From: Candidatus Woesearchaeota archaeon
Lineage (GTDB): Archaea > Nanobdellota > Nanobdellia > Woesearchaeales > JABMPP01
Assembly (NCBI GenBank): GCA_018303405.1
Contig: JAGVYD010000009.1
Span: forward strand, 64,856-128,855
Direction: 5' to 3'
DNA length: 64,000 nt
Positions 48,237 through 57,629 of this stretch are shown here, piece after piece. How positions within the stretch are numbered: the stretch's first letter is position 1; every line of letters starts with the position of its first letter. The position numbers and the translations under genes are program-made. Under the pieces are notes generated by a model, which did not search any database, was not told the origin of the DNA, and saw only the letters and a program-made list of their open reading frames with translations.

Positions 48237-48781
48237 TTGAACAGGCTCCGGGTGTATTCAAGTCTGCGTTTTACATCCTCGACGCGCAATGGGACGTCTG
48301 TCATTGTTGTCTTCCCAATATAATCCAGCAGCTGCCACTGGGAAACGCCGAGCAGGTCAGCAGACTTGGCAATTGATATCCCATGCTCATAGAGCCGGCT
48401 GCCTTTCTTGATTCGGGCCTGCTGCACCACTTGCTCTATATATTTCCCGACTTTCAGATCCATGCGTGCAATATGCAGCATCATGTTCCGGACAGCCTTA
48501 TGGAAATTCTGCTCATGATTGGCCATGAGGAAATGGAGCATTTGGCTTATATGCGCATGGAGGCTTGGATGCAATTCCCCTGTGCGCTCATAGATTTTGG
48601 AAATTGAGTATACTATTACTGCAACTGATATTGAATCAGGGTCCTGGAAGATTGAGGCATTGTGGATTGTTGTATTGCTCAGTGCCTTAAGCTCAGAATA
48701 ATCTGTCTCATCCTTTGCCTCCAGGATTTTGACCACTTTGGATAGAGTTGATATCAAGTCAGTCCTAACTTGCGGGTGCAT
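48233..48781 (-). CDS. UPF0175-like HTH protein, a putative antitoxin-like partner.
   Basis: A C-terminal HTH (GISIAKSADLLGVSQWQLLDYIGK) resembles UPF0175 family antitoxins. It is translationally coupled to the PIN-like gene. Confidence 0.4.
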   Translation of the reverse strand: MHPQVRTDLISTLSKVVKILEAKDETDYSELKALSNTTIHNASIFQDPDSISVAVIVYSISKIYERTGELHPSLHAHISQMLHFLMANHEQNFHKAVRNMMLHIARMDLKVGKYIEQVVQQARIKKGSRLYEHGISIAKSADLLGVSQWQLLDYIGKTTMTDVPLRVEDVKRRLEYTRSLFK

Positions 48782-48845
48782 GGTTTTGCCATGGCTTTGG
48801 TATTATTTATTTTTATTGATATATTCCATGAGATACTACTTGATA

Positions 48846-49964
48846 ATGACAACAATGCAAAGGTTTAAAAATAAGCATATATGGCTAGATCCCATGACTT
48901 CAACAGATTACATATCAAGAGAGATGAATACGCCATCTGGCATAATCATACCTGTCCCCACTGCAATGCAAGATGGGAGAGCTGACAGGGAAAGCATTGC
49001 AAAGATTGTCACAAGCAACCCCCATGCAGCCGGCTACATGGCACATTCCTCCACAGGTGAAAAATGGAGGCTCGGCAATGCTGATTTGGACGAGGCAATG
49101 CGGGGCATTGTCGAAGGGATGAGCGAGCTGAAAACAAGAGGCGGAAGTGACAAGCCTTTATGGGTCATACTGACCACTCAAAATTTCATGGATGATAGAA
49201 AATTAGGATATTTGGCTGACAAATATACGAGGATGGGAGCTACGGCTGGTGTTGTTGTTCCACTGAAGCATAGAAGCAATGGTGGATTATTGCAGCGGGG
49301 GAATTACAGCAAACGGGGTATTCTGGAAGGGTCTTTTGGTGACATTAATGATTCTCCATTGGACATAATCCTTTATGATAATCCGGCCATAACACGTGGT
49401 GAAAGCCTGGATGCTGACACTCTCAAAATGATGCTGGATGCTGACAAAAACAATCGCATTGTCGGCATAAAGGTTTCAAACAACTATGACCAGATGAAAA
49501 GGCTGTCAAAGGCTTCAGAGGGTAAAATCAGGATTTATGCAGGGGGCGAGAACTTTGCCAGCCCTCATCTTGAAAATGGCCAGCTGGTGCAGGGAGCAGT
49601 GTCAGGATTTGCTCCTGTTGCATTTGATGTTGTGAATAATTATGTCAGGCATATTATGGAAGCCGACAGGGCAGGCATAGACCCCATGCACCGGGCATTT
49701 ATTCATAGTGCTTACGAGATGATGGGCCCTAATCGTGAAAAAGCCATTCCGGTAATAAAATACCTGCTCAAGGAACAGGGAATTATAGCGTCGGATGAAG
49801 TGGCAAGTGGCACTCCTGAGCTGACAAAAGAAGAGAAGCTGACACTGACCAGGCTGCTGGACAACCTGAAACAATATAACAGCCTTATTGCGAGGACCGA
49901 TAAAGCGCTGAAAAATGATTTGGTGGCCTCTGCGGGCTTAGCAACAAGAATCAGAAAATTATAA
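48846..49964 (+). CDS. Dihydrodipicolinate synthase/N-acetylneuraminate lyase family protein (class I aldolase TIM barrel).
   Basis: IVGIKVSNNYDQM matches the DapA-family Schiff-base lysine region (compare vvGiKeasg). AGYMAHSSTGE is compatible with the GTTGE motif. I chose an internal start because the first 39 codons of the listed ORF look non-coding. Confidence 0.5.
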   Translation: MTTMQRFKNKHIWLDPMTSTDYISREMNTPSGIIIPVPTAMQDGRADRESIAKIVTSNPHAAGYMAHSSTGEKWRLGNADLDEAMRGIVEGMSELKTRGGSDKPLWVILTTQNFMDDRKLGYLADKYTRMGATAGVVVPLKHRSNGGLLQRGNYSKRGILEGSFGDINDSPLDIILYDNPAITRGESLDADTLKMMLDADKNNRIVGIKVSNNYDQMKRLSKASEGKIRIYAGGENFASPHLENGQLVQGAVSGFAPVAFDVVNNYVRHIMEADRAGIDPMHRAFIHSAYEMMGPNREKAIPVIKYLLKEQGIIASDEVASGTPELTKEEKLTLTRLLDNLKQYNSLIARTDKALKNDLVASAGLATRIRKL

Positions 49965-49982
49965 AATAAAAAATAAACCGGA

Positions 49983-50753
49983 TTAGATTCCGGCCAGCTT
50001 GTTCGAAAAGTTCTCCTTGATGAATTGCACCATCATGTCATTGCCTGCCAGCGTGTAGCATCGCAAGGCTGTGACAAAAAGGCTTTCCCTCAGGCATGTG
50101 TCGCCGAGCATTGACAGCTTGTCCTTGTCAGATGCAAGCTCATAAGCTTTTGCCGCATAGACAATTTGCCTGTCATCCAGGCACCTGTCGCCGACCTCAA
50201 CGAGCTTTGCAGCGTCATTGATGGCTGTGAAAACCTCGATGGCATAATCCCATTTGGCCTTGGCTAGGCAGTCGTCTCCAACTGACCTGAGCTTGTCAAC
50301 TGCGTTAAGTATGCGAAAGGCCTTGATTGCATCAAGGATGTGCCCATCCTCCAGGCACCTGTCGCCTAGTCTCTGCAGGCTGGGTGTATCGTCAGAAAGC
50401 CTGTAGACATCAATGGCATTCCCGACCTGGCCAAGCCTTTCATAATCCTGGCCAATGGCTGAAAGCCTTTTCTTGTTCGAAGACAAGATGAAAACCTTGA
50501 TGGCGTTATTCAATTCCCCTTTTCGCAGGTATTCTTCACCCAGGGCATCAAGCACTTTTTTCCTGGTTGTCTCATTGAACATTGAGAGGTTGACATTGTC
50601 AACTCCCTTTTCCAAGAGAACCGGAACTAGCTTCTTGAAAGTGTTGAAATCCTCACTCAGCTTTTTGTTCCTTGAAATCAATGGTTCGCTGGTCTCGGCC
50701 ATTTCCGTGACCATCCGCTTCACAATTTCATCATCTCTATCCATTTGCCTCAC
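49983..50753 (-). CDS. Repeat protein with six tandem 29-residue helical repeats carrying conserved Cys. It lies immediately downstream of ftsZ.
   Basis: Six repeats fit the consensus xKLxxLGDxCLxxGxxxxAIxxYxLxxDx, for example PSLQRLGDRCLEDGHILDAIKAFRILNAV, DKLRSVGDDCLAKAKWDYAIEVFTAINDA, AKLVEVGDRCLDDRQIVYAAKAYELASDK and DKLSMLGDTCLRESLFVTALRCYTLAGND. Confidence 0.55.
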   Translation of the reverse strand: MRQMDRDDEIVKRMVTEMAETSEPLISRNKKLSEDFNTFKKLVPVLLEKGVDNVNLSMFNETTRKKVLDALGEEYLRKGELNNAIKVFILSSNKKRLSAIGQDYERLGQVGNAIDVYRLSDDTPSLQRLGDRCLEDGHILDAIKAFRILNAVDKLRSVGDDCLAKAKWDYAIEVFTAINDAAKLVEVGDRCLDDRQIVYAAKAYELASDKDKLSMLGDTCLRESLFVTALRCYTLAGNDMMVQFIKENFSNKLAGI

Positions 50754-50816
50754 CTTTGGGCAGCCTTGGAGGGCCAGTTCGGCCCCGGGCTGTGTTAAAT
50801 TAACTCACAGTTTTTT

Positions 50817-51908
50817 CTACAGGATTTCGATCTGCAGTTCATCGTCGTATGAAGCGGCAGCTGCCTGCTGCTTCTGCTTCCTTCGTCCATCATCCTTGCC
50901 AAGTATCCAGGGGGATTTAACTCCTGTGACAATTGTCATGATGGTCAGCTTGCCCTGCATATCATCGCTTACCCTGGCTCCCCAGATGACGTTTGCATCC
51001 TCATCGAGGTTTTCGGTGACGATTTCTCCGATCCTGTTGACTTCATCCAGTGTCATGTCCGGGCCGCCTTCAATGTGGATTAGCGCGCCTGTTGCACCTT
51101 CATATGAAACATCAAGCAATGGGTTGGACAAAGCGCCCTTGACTGCCTCATCCACCCTGTTCTTGGTGTCAGATGAGCCAATGCCAATGGTGGACACGCC
51201 GCCGTTTGTCATTATTGCCCTTACATCTGCATAATCAAGGTTGACTAGGCTTGGGACTGAAATTGTCTCGACAATGCCGCGGATCATTGTGGCAATGAGC
51301 TCATTGGCAATTGCAAAGGCCTGGCCTACTGGCAGGTTGCCTGCAATCTTGACGAGCCTGTTGTTGTCAACAACAACCACGGTATCTGAGAATTGCCTCA
51401 GCTGCTGCAATCCAAATTCAGCCTTGTCTATTCTTGCCCTTTCAATTTTGAACGGCATTGTCACTGTGCCAATGACGATTGAGCCTGTTTCCCTGGCAAC
51501 CTTTGCAACTACGGGAGCTGAGCCTGTTCCTGTTCCGCCTCCCATGCCTGCGCATACGAAGACGATATCAGATTTGTTCAGGACCTCCCTGATTTCATTC
51601 AATGTCTCTTCAGCTGATTTTTGCCCTTTTTCAGGGAATCCGCCACAGCCCAATCCTCTTGTAACATTGCGCCCAATGAGGAATTTTTTGTCTGCCTCAG
51701 AAATATCCAGATGCTGTTTGTCTGTGTTTATTGCTATGATTTCGGCTCCCTTGACGCCTTTCTTGTAGAGCCAGCTTACCATGTTGTTGCCTGCGCCCCC
51801 GCAGCCAATCACTCTGATAGTTGCTTGTCCAATACTGTTTTCTTGAGCCACCTTATCATTAGGCAGGCTCTTTAGTGCCTCTTTCACCAAAAAATCCACT
51901 ATAATCAC
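50817..51908 (-). CDS. ftsZ: Cell division GTPase FtsZ.
   Basis: The tubulin signature is GGGTGTG (AGMGGGTGTGSAPVVA). IRVIGCGGAGNN is present. The T7 loop region is NLDYADV. Confidence 0.9.
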   Translation of the reverse strand: MIIVDFLVKEALKSLPNDKVAQENSIGQATIRVIGCGGAGNNMVSWLYKKGVKGAEIIAINTDKQHLDISEADKKFLIGRNVTRGLGCGGFPEKGQKSAEETLNEIREVLNKSDIVFVCAGMGGGTGTGSAPVVAKVARETGSIVIGTVTMPFKIERARIDKAEFGLQQLRQFSDTVVVVDNNRLVKIAGNLPVGQAFAIANELIATMIRGIVETISVPSLVNLDYADVRAIMTNGGVSTIGIGSSDTKNRVDEAVKGALSNPLLDVSYEGATGALIHIEGGPDMTLDEVNRIGEIVTENLDEDANVIWGARVSDDMQGKLTIMTIVTGVKSPWILGKDDGRRKQKQQAAAASYDDELQIEIL

Positions 51909-52146
51909 CTCGTGTCTTTGAAGAGTGCCATACTCCGGCTTTTCCTCTCCTACCGGATAAGTTGGCCTAGAGCAAGCACACCCTTTCCTGATGCGGTTTA
52001 ATATGAATAGATATACTAATATATAAATGTTACGATTTTGTATACTGGTTTAATATTCTGTAAGATTTTTAAATTATTTTCATATATAAAATGAAAAGGT
52101 TAATTCAGAACTTGCAGTGGAAACCGCATTTTAAGGTGAAAAAAGC

Positions 52147-52950
52147 CTAGACAACAAAAGTTTCTATGTAGGCAGCAACAAAAATCAGGACTGCCGCCAG
52201 CACCATGACAATAAGTGAATCTGTCAGGACATGGTGAAACCTTTTGGAAAAAAGCTTTTCACGAATCATGGCTTTTGACAGGATTCCACCGACGATAGCG
52301 GCTGCAAAATAACTCAAGGCTTCTGTGAACATGTGCGGGAATGAGGGAAGGAGAATGTGCGTAAATCCATAAAAAAGGTCATTGGCCTGGATTGACTGCC
52401 TGGACATGAAGCCAAACACCGCTCCCCATACAGATGCGTTCCAGTTAATGAACAGGATGGAGCCGGCGCCATAAACAAGCGACAGGAAAAATGACACAAC
52501 TAAAACAAGAAGATTGTTTCTGAGTATTTTCCAGAAAAAGGCATGCTCTGCCGAGGCTGCTGCACCAGTTATTCCTGCAACTTTCAGCTGCGGTGAAAAA
52601 TAGGACAAGGTGACCACATCAGGGAATACAAATGAAAAGAAAAGATATGTTGAAAATATCCCAAAGAACATGAATATGTAAATTTCAAAGATATCCTTAT
52701 GGTCCTTGAATAATAGTCTCAGGGAAAATTTCTTCTCCCTGACCTCCTGGTTCTCTTCTATGGCCAGGAGCTGGTTTAGGGAGGGGATGAGCAGGATTGA
52801 GGTAAAAGCGATGGACATTATTCCAACACTGGTGGGAAAAATCATTTTTGCGCTTATCAGGCCAATCAAAGAATACAAGAACCCAAGAAGGAAGGCGTAA
52901 TTTGGCTTCTTTTCTATGAATCGCAGCTTTATAAATTGCTCAAACACCAA
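52147..52950 (-). CDS. Hypothetical polytopic membrane protein.
   Basis: Six to seven TM helices. No recognizable catalytic motif. It lies upstream of ftsZ on the same strand. Confidence 0.45.
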   Translation of the reverse strand: MVFEQFIKLRFIEKKPNYAFLLGFLYSLIGLISAKMIFPTSVGIMSIAFTSILLIPSLNQLLAIEENQEVREKKFSLRLLFKDHKDIFEIYIFMFFGIFSTYLFFSFVFPDVVTLSYFSPQLKVAGITGAAASAEHAFFWKILRNNLLVLVVSFFLSLVYGAGSILFINWNASVWGAVFGFMSRQSIQANDLFYGFTHILLPSFPHMFTEALSYFAAAIVGGILSKAMIREKLFSKRFHHVLTDSLIVMVLAAVLIFVAAYIETFVV

Positions 52951-53139
52951 ATTTTCACCTCATTTTAATTTACTATTGAATATCCGCCAAGGAAAATTTC
53001 AGATGCACTGTGCATCCTTGATGTCAAAATTCATTCCGGGAATAAATAGTTTTCTATAGTGCTCGTTGGGGTCTTGCTAATGGGCTGCCTGGGAGTAATC
53101 GACAGCGGCGAAAGCACTATGGCTGGCTGTGCCAAGCCT

Positions 53140-54336
53140 TTAGCGGCCAGTGATTATCTCAATCACATCCCTGTGCTTGAGCAGGTAATCTTTTCCAACT
53201 GTTTGCTTCCGCTTTACATCGACAGCCCGTATAAAATGCTTGCCTATGTCGGTATGAAGCCGGAAGGCAAAGTCAAGGGCTGTTGAATTGGCTGGCATGA
53301 GAAAACAATCTGGGATAAAATTCCCGTGCTGGTCCTGGAGCTTGCCCACGCCTCCGGGAAAAATGGCGCAATAGCGGAGCAAATCAAAAATAGCGGAATC
53401 AAGTATCTGCTGCACCCCTGTGCCATTGTGATTGGCCATATAGCCCTTGATAAAATCCAGGGCTTTTTTCTGTGCGTCACTGAGGGGCACTGATTCTTTG
53501 ACAGCAAAGCCTGCTGACCCGGGGACATATGAAATCAGGTCATGTTTTGCAGCCTCCCGAAGTGCAAGCTCGCTTTCTGCGCTGCACGGCACAAACGTGT
53601 AATCAGGAAATTCCTTCTGCAGCATTTCAAAGTTTTTCTGGGATACTGAAACGTCCATCTTATTGCATGCAATTATCATTGGCTTGGTCAATTTTCTGAA
53701 AGCGGTTGCAAGACCCTTGAGTTCCATTGGCTGCCATGAAGAAGGGGTTTCCCTGTTGAGCTTATGGTCTTCAATGAGCCTGTCGGCCATTTCCTCAGTC
53801 ACGCCAAGGCCAGAAAGCTGCTTTGCTATGGCCTTGTGTATTTGCTGGTGCTCCTGCTGGATTTTCCTGGCAAACTTTTCCCAGCCGCGCTCAAGTATGC
53901 CATAGTACCACATGTCAATTTCTGTTTCAAGAAACCTGACATCATCCGCCGGGTTATGGCTGCCTGTCTCAACAGGCTCGCCGTGCGCATTAAGGCTTCC
54001 TGAAGTGTCAATGATATGTATAAGAACATCTGCCTGCCTTAAGTCATCCAAAAACTGGTTGCCCCTGCCCTTGCCAAGATGGGCATCAGGAACAAGGCCT
54101 GCTACATCTATAATCTGGACAGGCACGAAACGCATATGATTCGTGCAAAACCCTTCCCTGGGATTGCATTGCACATTAAATTCCTTGTCAACGCATTCCA
54201 CGCGGACATAGCCAATTCCTGTGTTAGGCTTGATGGTCGTAAACGGATAATTGGCAATGGCTGCCTCTGCCAAAGTCGCAGCCTTGAAAAAAGTGCTCTT
54301 CCCTGCGCTGGGCTTGCCCACCAGTCCAATTTGCAT
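53140..54336 (-). CDS. ychF: Obg-like ATPase of the YchF/OLA1 family, with a C-terminal TGS domain.
   Basis: G1 is GLVGKPSAGKSTFF. G3 is DVAGLV. NKMD is present. A C-terminal TGS-like domain follows. I chose the start at the internal Met (54336). Confidence 0.75.
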   Translation of the reverse strand: MQIGLVGKPSAGKSTFFKAATLAEAAIANYPFTTIKPNTGIGYVRVECVDKEFNVQCNPREGFCTNHMRFVPVQIIDVAGLVPDAHLGKGRGNQFLDDLRQADVLIHIIDTSGSLNAHGEPVETGSHNPADDVRFLETEIDMWYYGILERGWEKFARKIQQEHQQIHKAIAKQLSGLGVTEEMADRLIEDHKLNRETPSSWQPMELKGLATAFRKLTKPMIIACNKMDVSVSQKNFEMLQKEFPDYTFVPCSAESELALREAAKHDLISYVPGSAGFAVKESVPLSDAQKKALDFIKGYMANHNGTGVQQILDSAIFDLLRYCAIFPGGVGKLQDQHGNFIPDCFLMPANSTALDFAFRLHTDIGKHFIRAVDVKRKQTVGKDYLLKHRDVIEIITGR

Positions 54337-54442
54337 GGCTTTTAGAAAAGTGTGTGGATTAATAAGTTTATCATTTTGGCTTGGAACCATGGCCTACAGA
54401 AAATTTAATATACTGTTGGTAATAATATTGGTTGGGATATGA

Positions 54443-55039
54443 ATGGCTAAGCCAATACCATTGGGAATAACTGTAGCGCAGTATGAAGTCAAGCTACAGG
54501 AAAGGCCATTTAGCCTGAAGCACCTGTATTTGATGCTCCATGAATGGTTCATCGAGAAGCAGTATGTTGAAAGCGACAAGGACCCTGATTTTCCTGAAAT
54601 AATGTATTATGAGGCAAGGGGGCAGGAGCATGGCAAGGAAGTGTGGGTCAAGTGGAGATTCAAGCATGCGCCCCAGCACAACAAGTTCTACAGGCTGCTG
54701 TTGAATGTGGATTTGCACGGCCTTGGCCTGACTACTGTGGAAGTGGTGCAGGACAACAGGAAATTCAAAATGGAAAAGGGCGAATTCTGGGTTTCCTGCC
54801 AGGCGATTCTGGAAGTGGACTATGAGAACAAGTGGCGCAATCATCCGCTGCTAAGGCATTTCCTGACAACATTCTGGAAACGATTTATATGGAAAGACCT
54901 GGAAAAACACAGGCATCATTTGCTAATGGATGCATACGAACTGCAGAATCTGGTCAAGGAATTCCTGGAAATCAAGAGGCCCATTGCGCACACAAAGCCT
55001 TATTTTGCGCCAAGAGGGTTGAAGACTCAGATTGAATAG
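54443..55039 (+). CDS. Hypothetical protein.
   Basis: A 198-aa ORF of good coding quality with no known motif. Confidence 0.4.
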   Translation: MAKPIPLGITVAQYEVKLQERPFSLKHLYLMLHEWFIEKQYVESDKDPDFPEIMYYEARGQEHGKEVWVKWRFKHAPQHNKFYRLLLNVDLHGLGLTTVEVVQDNRKFKMEKGEFWVSCQAILEVDYENKWRNHPLLRHFLTTFWKRFIWKDLEKHRHHLLMDAYELQNLVKEFLEIKRPIAHTKPYFAPRGLKTQIE

Positions 55040-55162
55040 GGAATGTTCAACCCGGCTTGCGGCTCAAAAGTTTTATAAAGCGCCATCCTTCTCTCAGACA
55101 CGGATTAATGGCTTGGATTTGGACTTTCCCTGATTTTTCAGCAATTTTTTGCCAAAAAAATT

Positions 55163-55235
55163 GCCTCCGTAGCATAGTAGCTATTGCGCTTGCCTTGTAA
55201 GCAGGAGGTCGAGGGTGCAACTCCCTCCGGAGGCT
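55163..55235 (+). tRNA. tRNA-Thr (anticodon UGU) with an atypical D-arm and T-loop.
   Basis: The acceptor stem GCCTCCG/CGGAGGC has 7 bp. The anticodon stem is CTTGC/GCAGG and the loop is CTTGTAA (U33, anticodon TGT, A37). The T-stem is GAGGG/CCCTC. The T-loop TGCAACT is unusual because G replaces U55. The D-stem has only 3 bp and a C at position 19. Confidence 0.6.
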
Positions 55236-55333
55236 TAAATGCTTATAGAAATCCAAGGAATATTGTCAATAAAATTTAGATTGGTTTCATGAAAATGAAT
55301 TTCAAAGCCTATTCAAGAGGATATAATGCCTGC

Positions 55334-55426
55334 TTATTCACAGCAGCAGCATGAGCACGATTCCTTGCTGCCCTTTTCCTTCATGCTTTTTTTCTTGGAA
55401 GCTGGCTTCTTTGCATTCTTATCCAT
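55334..55426 (-). CDS. Putative small Lys-rich peptide with a C-terminal polycysteine tail, 30 aa.
   Basis: The ORF encodes MDKNAKKPASKKKSMKEKGSKESCSCCCCE. A strong Shine-Dalgarno (GAGGTGA) lies 4 nt upstream of the ATG. It is below the ORF-track length cutoff. Confidence 0.25.
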   Translation of the reverse strand: MDKNAKKPASKKKSMKEKGSKESCSCCCCE

Positions 55427-55559
55427 AATTTCACCTCGCAATTATTGGCTGGCGGTAAGCTATTTATTATTTTGCCTTATGATTAAAACAATAACTTGAT
55501 ACGAAGGGATACCCGCGCGATCTGGAACCCCCTCGCTGGCCACTTGGTTTATGGACTAA

Positions 55560-56396
55560 ATGACAATTAATATATATCACAAGCAAATACTCAAAAGCAT
55601 GATTAATGACAGGCTTGAAAGGGCATTGGCAGCGTATGACAAGAAGGATATTGATGCCAGCAAAAAGGCCCATGAAAAAGGGGTAATCGAGAAAAGCCTT
55701 CATGGAAAAAGCTTTGGCGGCAAATATATAGGTGATTTTGTTTATGGCGGCCTGGATGGCACTGTAACAACATTTGCCATTGTATCCGCGGTCCAGGGCG
55801 CTGCCCTGAATCCAGGGATCGTCATCATCATGGGTTTTGCCAACCTGCTTGCTGACGGATTTTCAATGGCAACCGGCAATTACCTTTCGACCAAGGCCGA
55901 GCTTGAATTCCAAAATGAGGAAAGAAAAAGGGAAGAATGGGAAATTGAGCATGTGCCGGATGGAGAACGCGAGGAAATAAGGCAGATATACAAAAAGAAG
56001 GGGTTTAAAGGCAAAGACCTTGACAAGGCAGTGGGTATTATCACTTCCGACAAGAAAATCTGGGTTGACACAATGATGATGGAAGAGCTGCACTTTTCGC
56101 CTACGGAAAAGCGGCCATGGCAAAGCGCACTTGCCACCTTCTCGGCATTCATACTGGCAGGGTTTGTGCCAATATTGTCATTTGTGATGGCCAAATTCTT
56201 TCCTGGCCTGATGCCAAATGTTTTCGGCATTTCGGTGTTCCTGACGGGATTAATTTTATTTTTGGTCGGAAGCGCCAAAGTCATGGTAACAAAGCGAAAT
56301 TGGTTCAGGAGCGGAATTGAAATGCTAATTGTCGGAGGGCTGGCTGCATCTGTTGCCTATTTTGTGGGATATTTCTTAAAAGGAATGGGAGTATAG
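55560..56396 (+). CDS. VIT1/CCC1-family iron/manganese transporter.
   Basis: GGLDGTVTTFAIVSAV and LADGFSMATGNYLSTKAE motifs, with a C-terminal TM bundle. About 278 aa. Confidence 0.75.
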   Translation: MTINIYHKQILKSMINDRLERALAAYDKKDIDASKKAHEKGVIEKSLHGKSFGGKYIGDFVYGGLDGTVTTFAIVSAVQGAALNPGIVIIMGFANLLADGFSMATGNYLSTKAELEFQNEERKREEWEIEHVPDGEREEIRQIYKKKGFKGKDLDKAVGIITSDKKIWVDTMMMEELHFSPTEKRPWQSALATFSAFILAGFVPILSFVMAKFFPGLMPNVFGISVFLTGLILFLVGSAKVMVTKRNWFRSGIEMLIVGGLAASVAYFVGYFLKGMGV

Positions 56397-56461
56397 GTGC
56401 ACATGCCAGGCAACGACCTGCAAGGAAAGACTTTTTAAACAGGTATTGCAACCTGTAAATC

Positions 56462-56932
56462 ATGCCCGACAAAACAGACCCAAAAAAGACATATGCTCTG
56501 CTGGAAAAGAAGTACAGGTTGCCAGATTACAGTTTTCTGCAGCAGAATTTTGACATTGACATGATAGAGCCGGAACGCTTAACCCTGAGGGAAGTCAGGA
56601 GAAAAATGCACGAGAAAATAGAATGGATAGCAAAAGTCCTGGAGTCCTGGCTTCAGCCCGACACCAACCTTCAAAACCTGTATGAGGTTGGCATATTTAA
56701 TGAAGAGGACAAGAAAAAGGTTTATCTCATTTACAAGGAGCTAATGTCTTTGCATTCTTCATCCCTTATCCTGGAAATCCAGGGGAATGATGAGCTCAAT
56801 GCAGAGTTTATACGCGATTTTGGAGACAGATGGAAAATACTGAGGACACAGGTATTGAAATATTTTGAGAATGTCAAGATTGGATGGAACAAAGAGTCAC
56901 AAATAGAGGAAAAACTGGGTTATTTTGGCTAG
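56462..56932 (+). CDS. Hypothetical protein.
   Basis: A 156-aa ORF, helical and charged, with no known motif. Confidence 0.4.
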   Translation: MPDKTDPKKTYALLEKKYRLPDYSFLQQNFDIDMIEPERLTLREVRRKMHEKIEWIAKVLESWLQPDTNLQNLYEVGIFNEEDKKKVYLIYKELMSLHSSSLILEIQGNDELNAEFIRDFGDRWKILRTQVLKYFENVKIGWNKESQIEEKLGYFG

Positions 56933-56953
56933 TGCATTTTTTGAGGTGCAAAG

Positions 56954-57589
56954 ATGGCAGGGATTATTCTTTTGGGACCACAGGGCTGTGGCAAAGGCAC
57001 CCAGGCTGAACTGCTGGTAGAGAAGATGGGCATTCCGTATATCTCCACAGGGAATATCCTCCGTGAAAATATCCAAAAATCCACCCAACTGGGGCTCGAA
57101 GCCAACAAGTTTGTAAAGGAAGGGAAACTGGTTCCTGATAGCGTTGTGATAGGCATAGTCAGGGACAGGCTCTCAATGGATGACTGCAAAGATGGCTTCC
57201 TGCTGGATGGCTTTCCGAGGAACCTGAGCCAGTCCAAGTCCCTTTCAGATATTGCAAAAATAGATGCCCTGATAGAAATAGACATTTCTGATGCTGAGGC
57301 AATAAGGAGGATATCAGGGAGAAGAACCTGCAAATGCGGCGCTGTTTACCATACGGCCTACAATCCGCCGAAAAAGAGGGATGTGTGCGATAAGTGTGGA
57401 GGCAGGCTCTACCAAAGGGAAGATGACAAAGAAGAAGCCATCAGGAAAAGGCTCGAGATTTATCACAAAGATACAAAGCCACTGACAGATTTCTATAAGG
57501 AAGTGCACATCAAAATCAATGGCGAGCAGGCAATTGAAGATGTTTTTGAGGACATTATAAGCCAGCTCAAACTGAAAAAATTGATATGA
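56954..57589 (+). CDS. adk: Adenylate kinase, zinc-finger-lid type.
   Basis: P-loop GPQGCGKGTQA. NMP-binding GNILRE. The lid carries CKCG...CDKCGG, a Cys4 zinc knuckle. Confidence 0.85.
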   Translation: MAGIILLGPQGCGKGTQAELLVEKMGIPYISTGNILRENIQKSTQLGLEANKFVKEGKLVPDSVVIGIVRDRLSMDDCKDGFLLDGFPRNLSQSKSLSDIAKIDALIEIDISDAEAIRRISGRRTCKCGAVYHTAYNPPKKRDVCDKCGGRLYQREDDKEEAIRKRLEIYHKDTKPLTDFYKEVHIKINGEQAIEDVFEDIISQLKLKKLI

Positions 57590-57629
57590 GGAGCAGCCAT
57601 CTGCCCCACGGGACTTATTCAAGGGACCA

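Noticed and set aside
53059-53286. A 75-aa plus-strand ORF at the 3' end of ychF.
   Set aside because: It overlaps the well-supported ychF gene on the opposite strand. It is spurious.
55047-55256. A 69-aa minus-strand ORF overlapping tRNA-Thr.
   Set aside because: It overlaps the tRNA. It is spurious.
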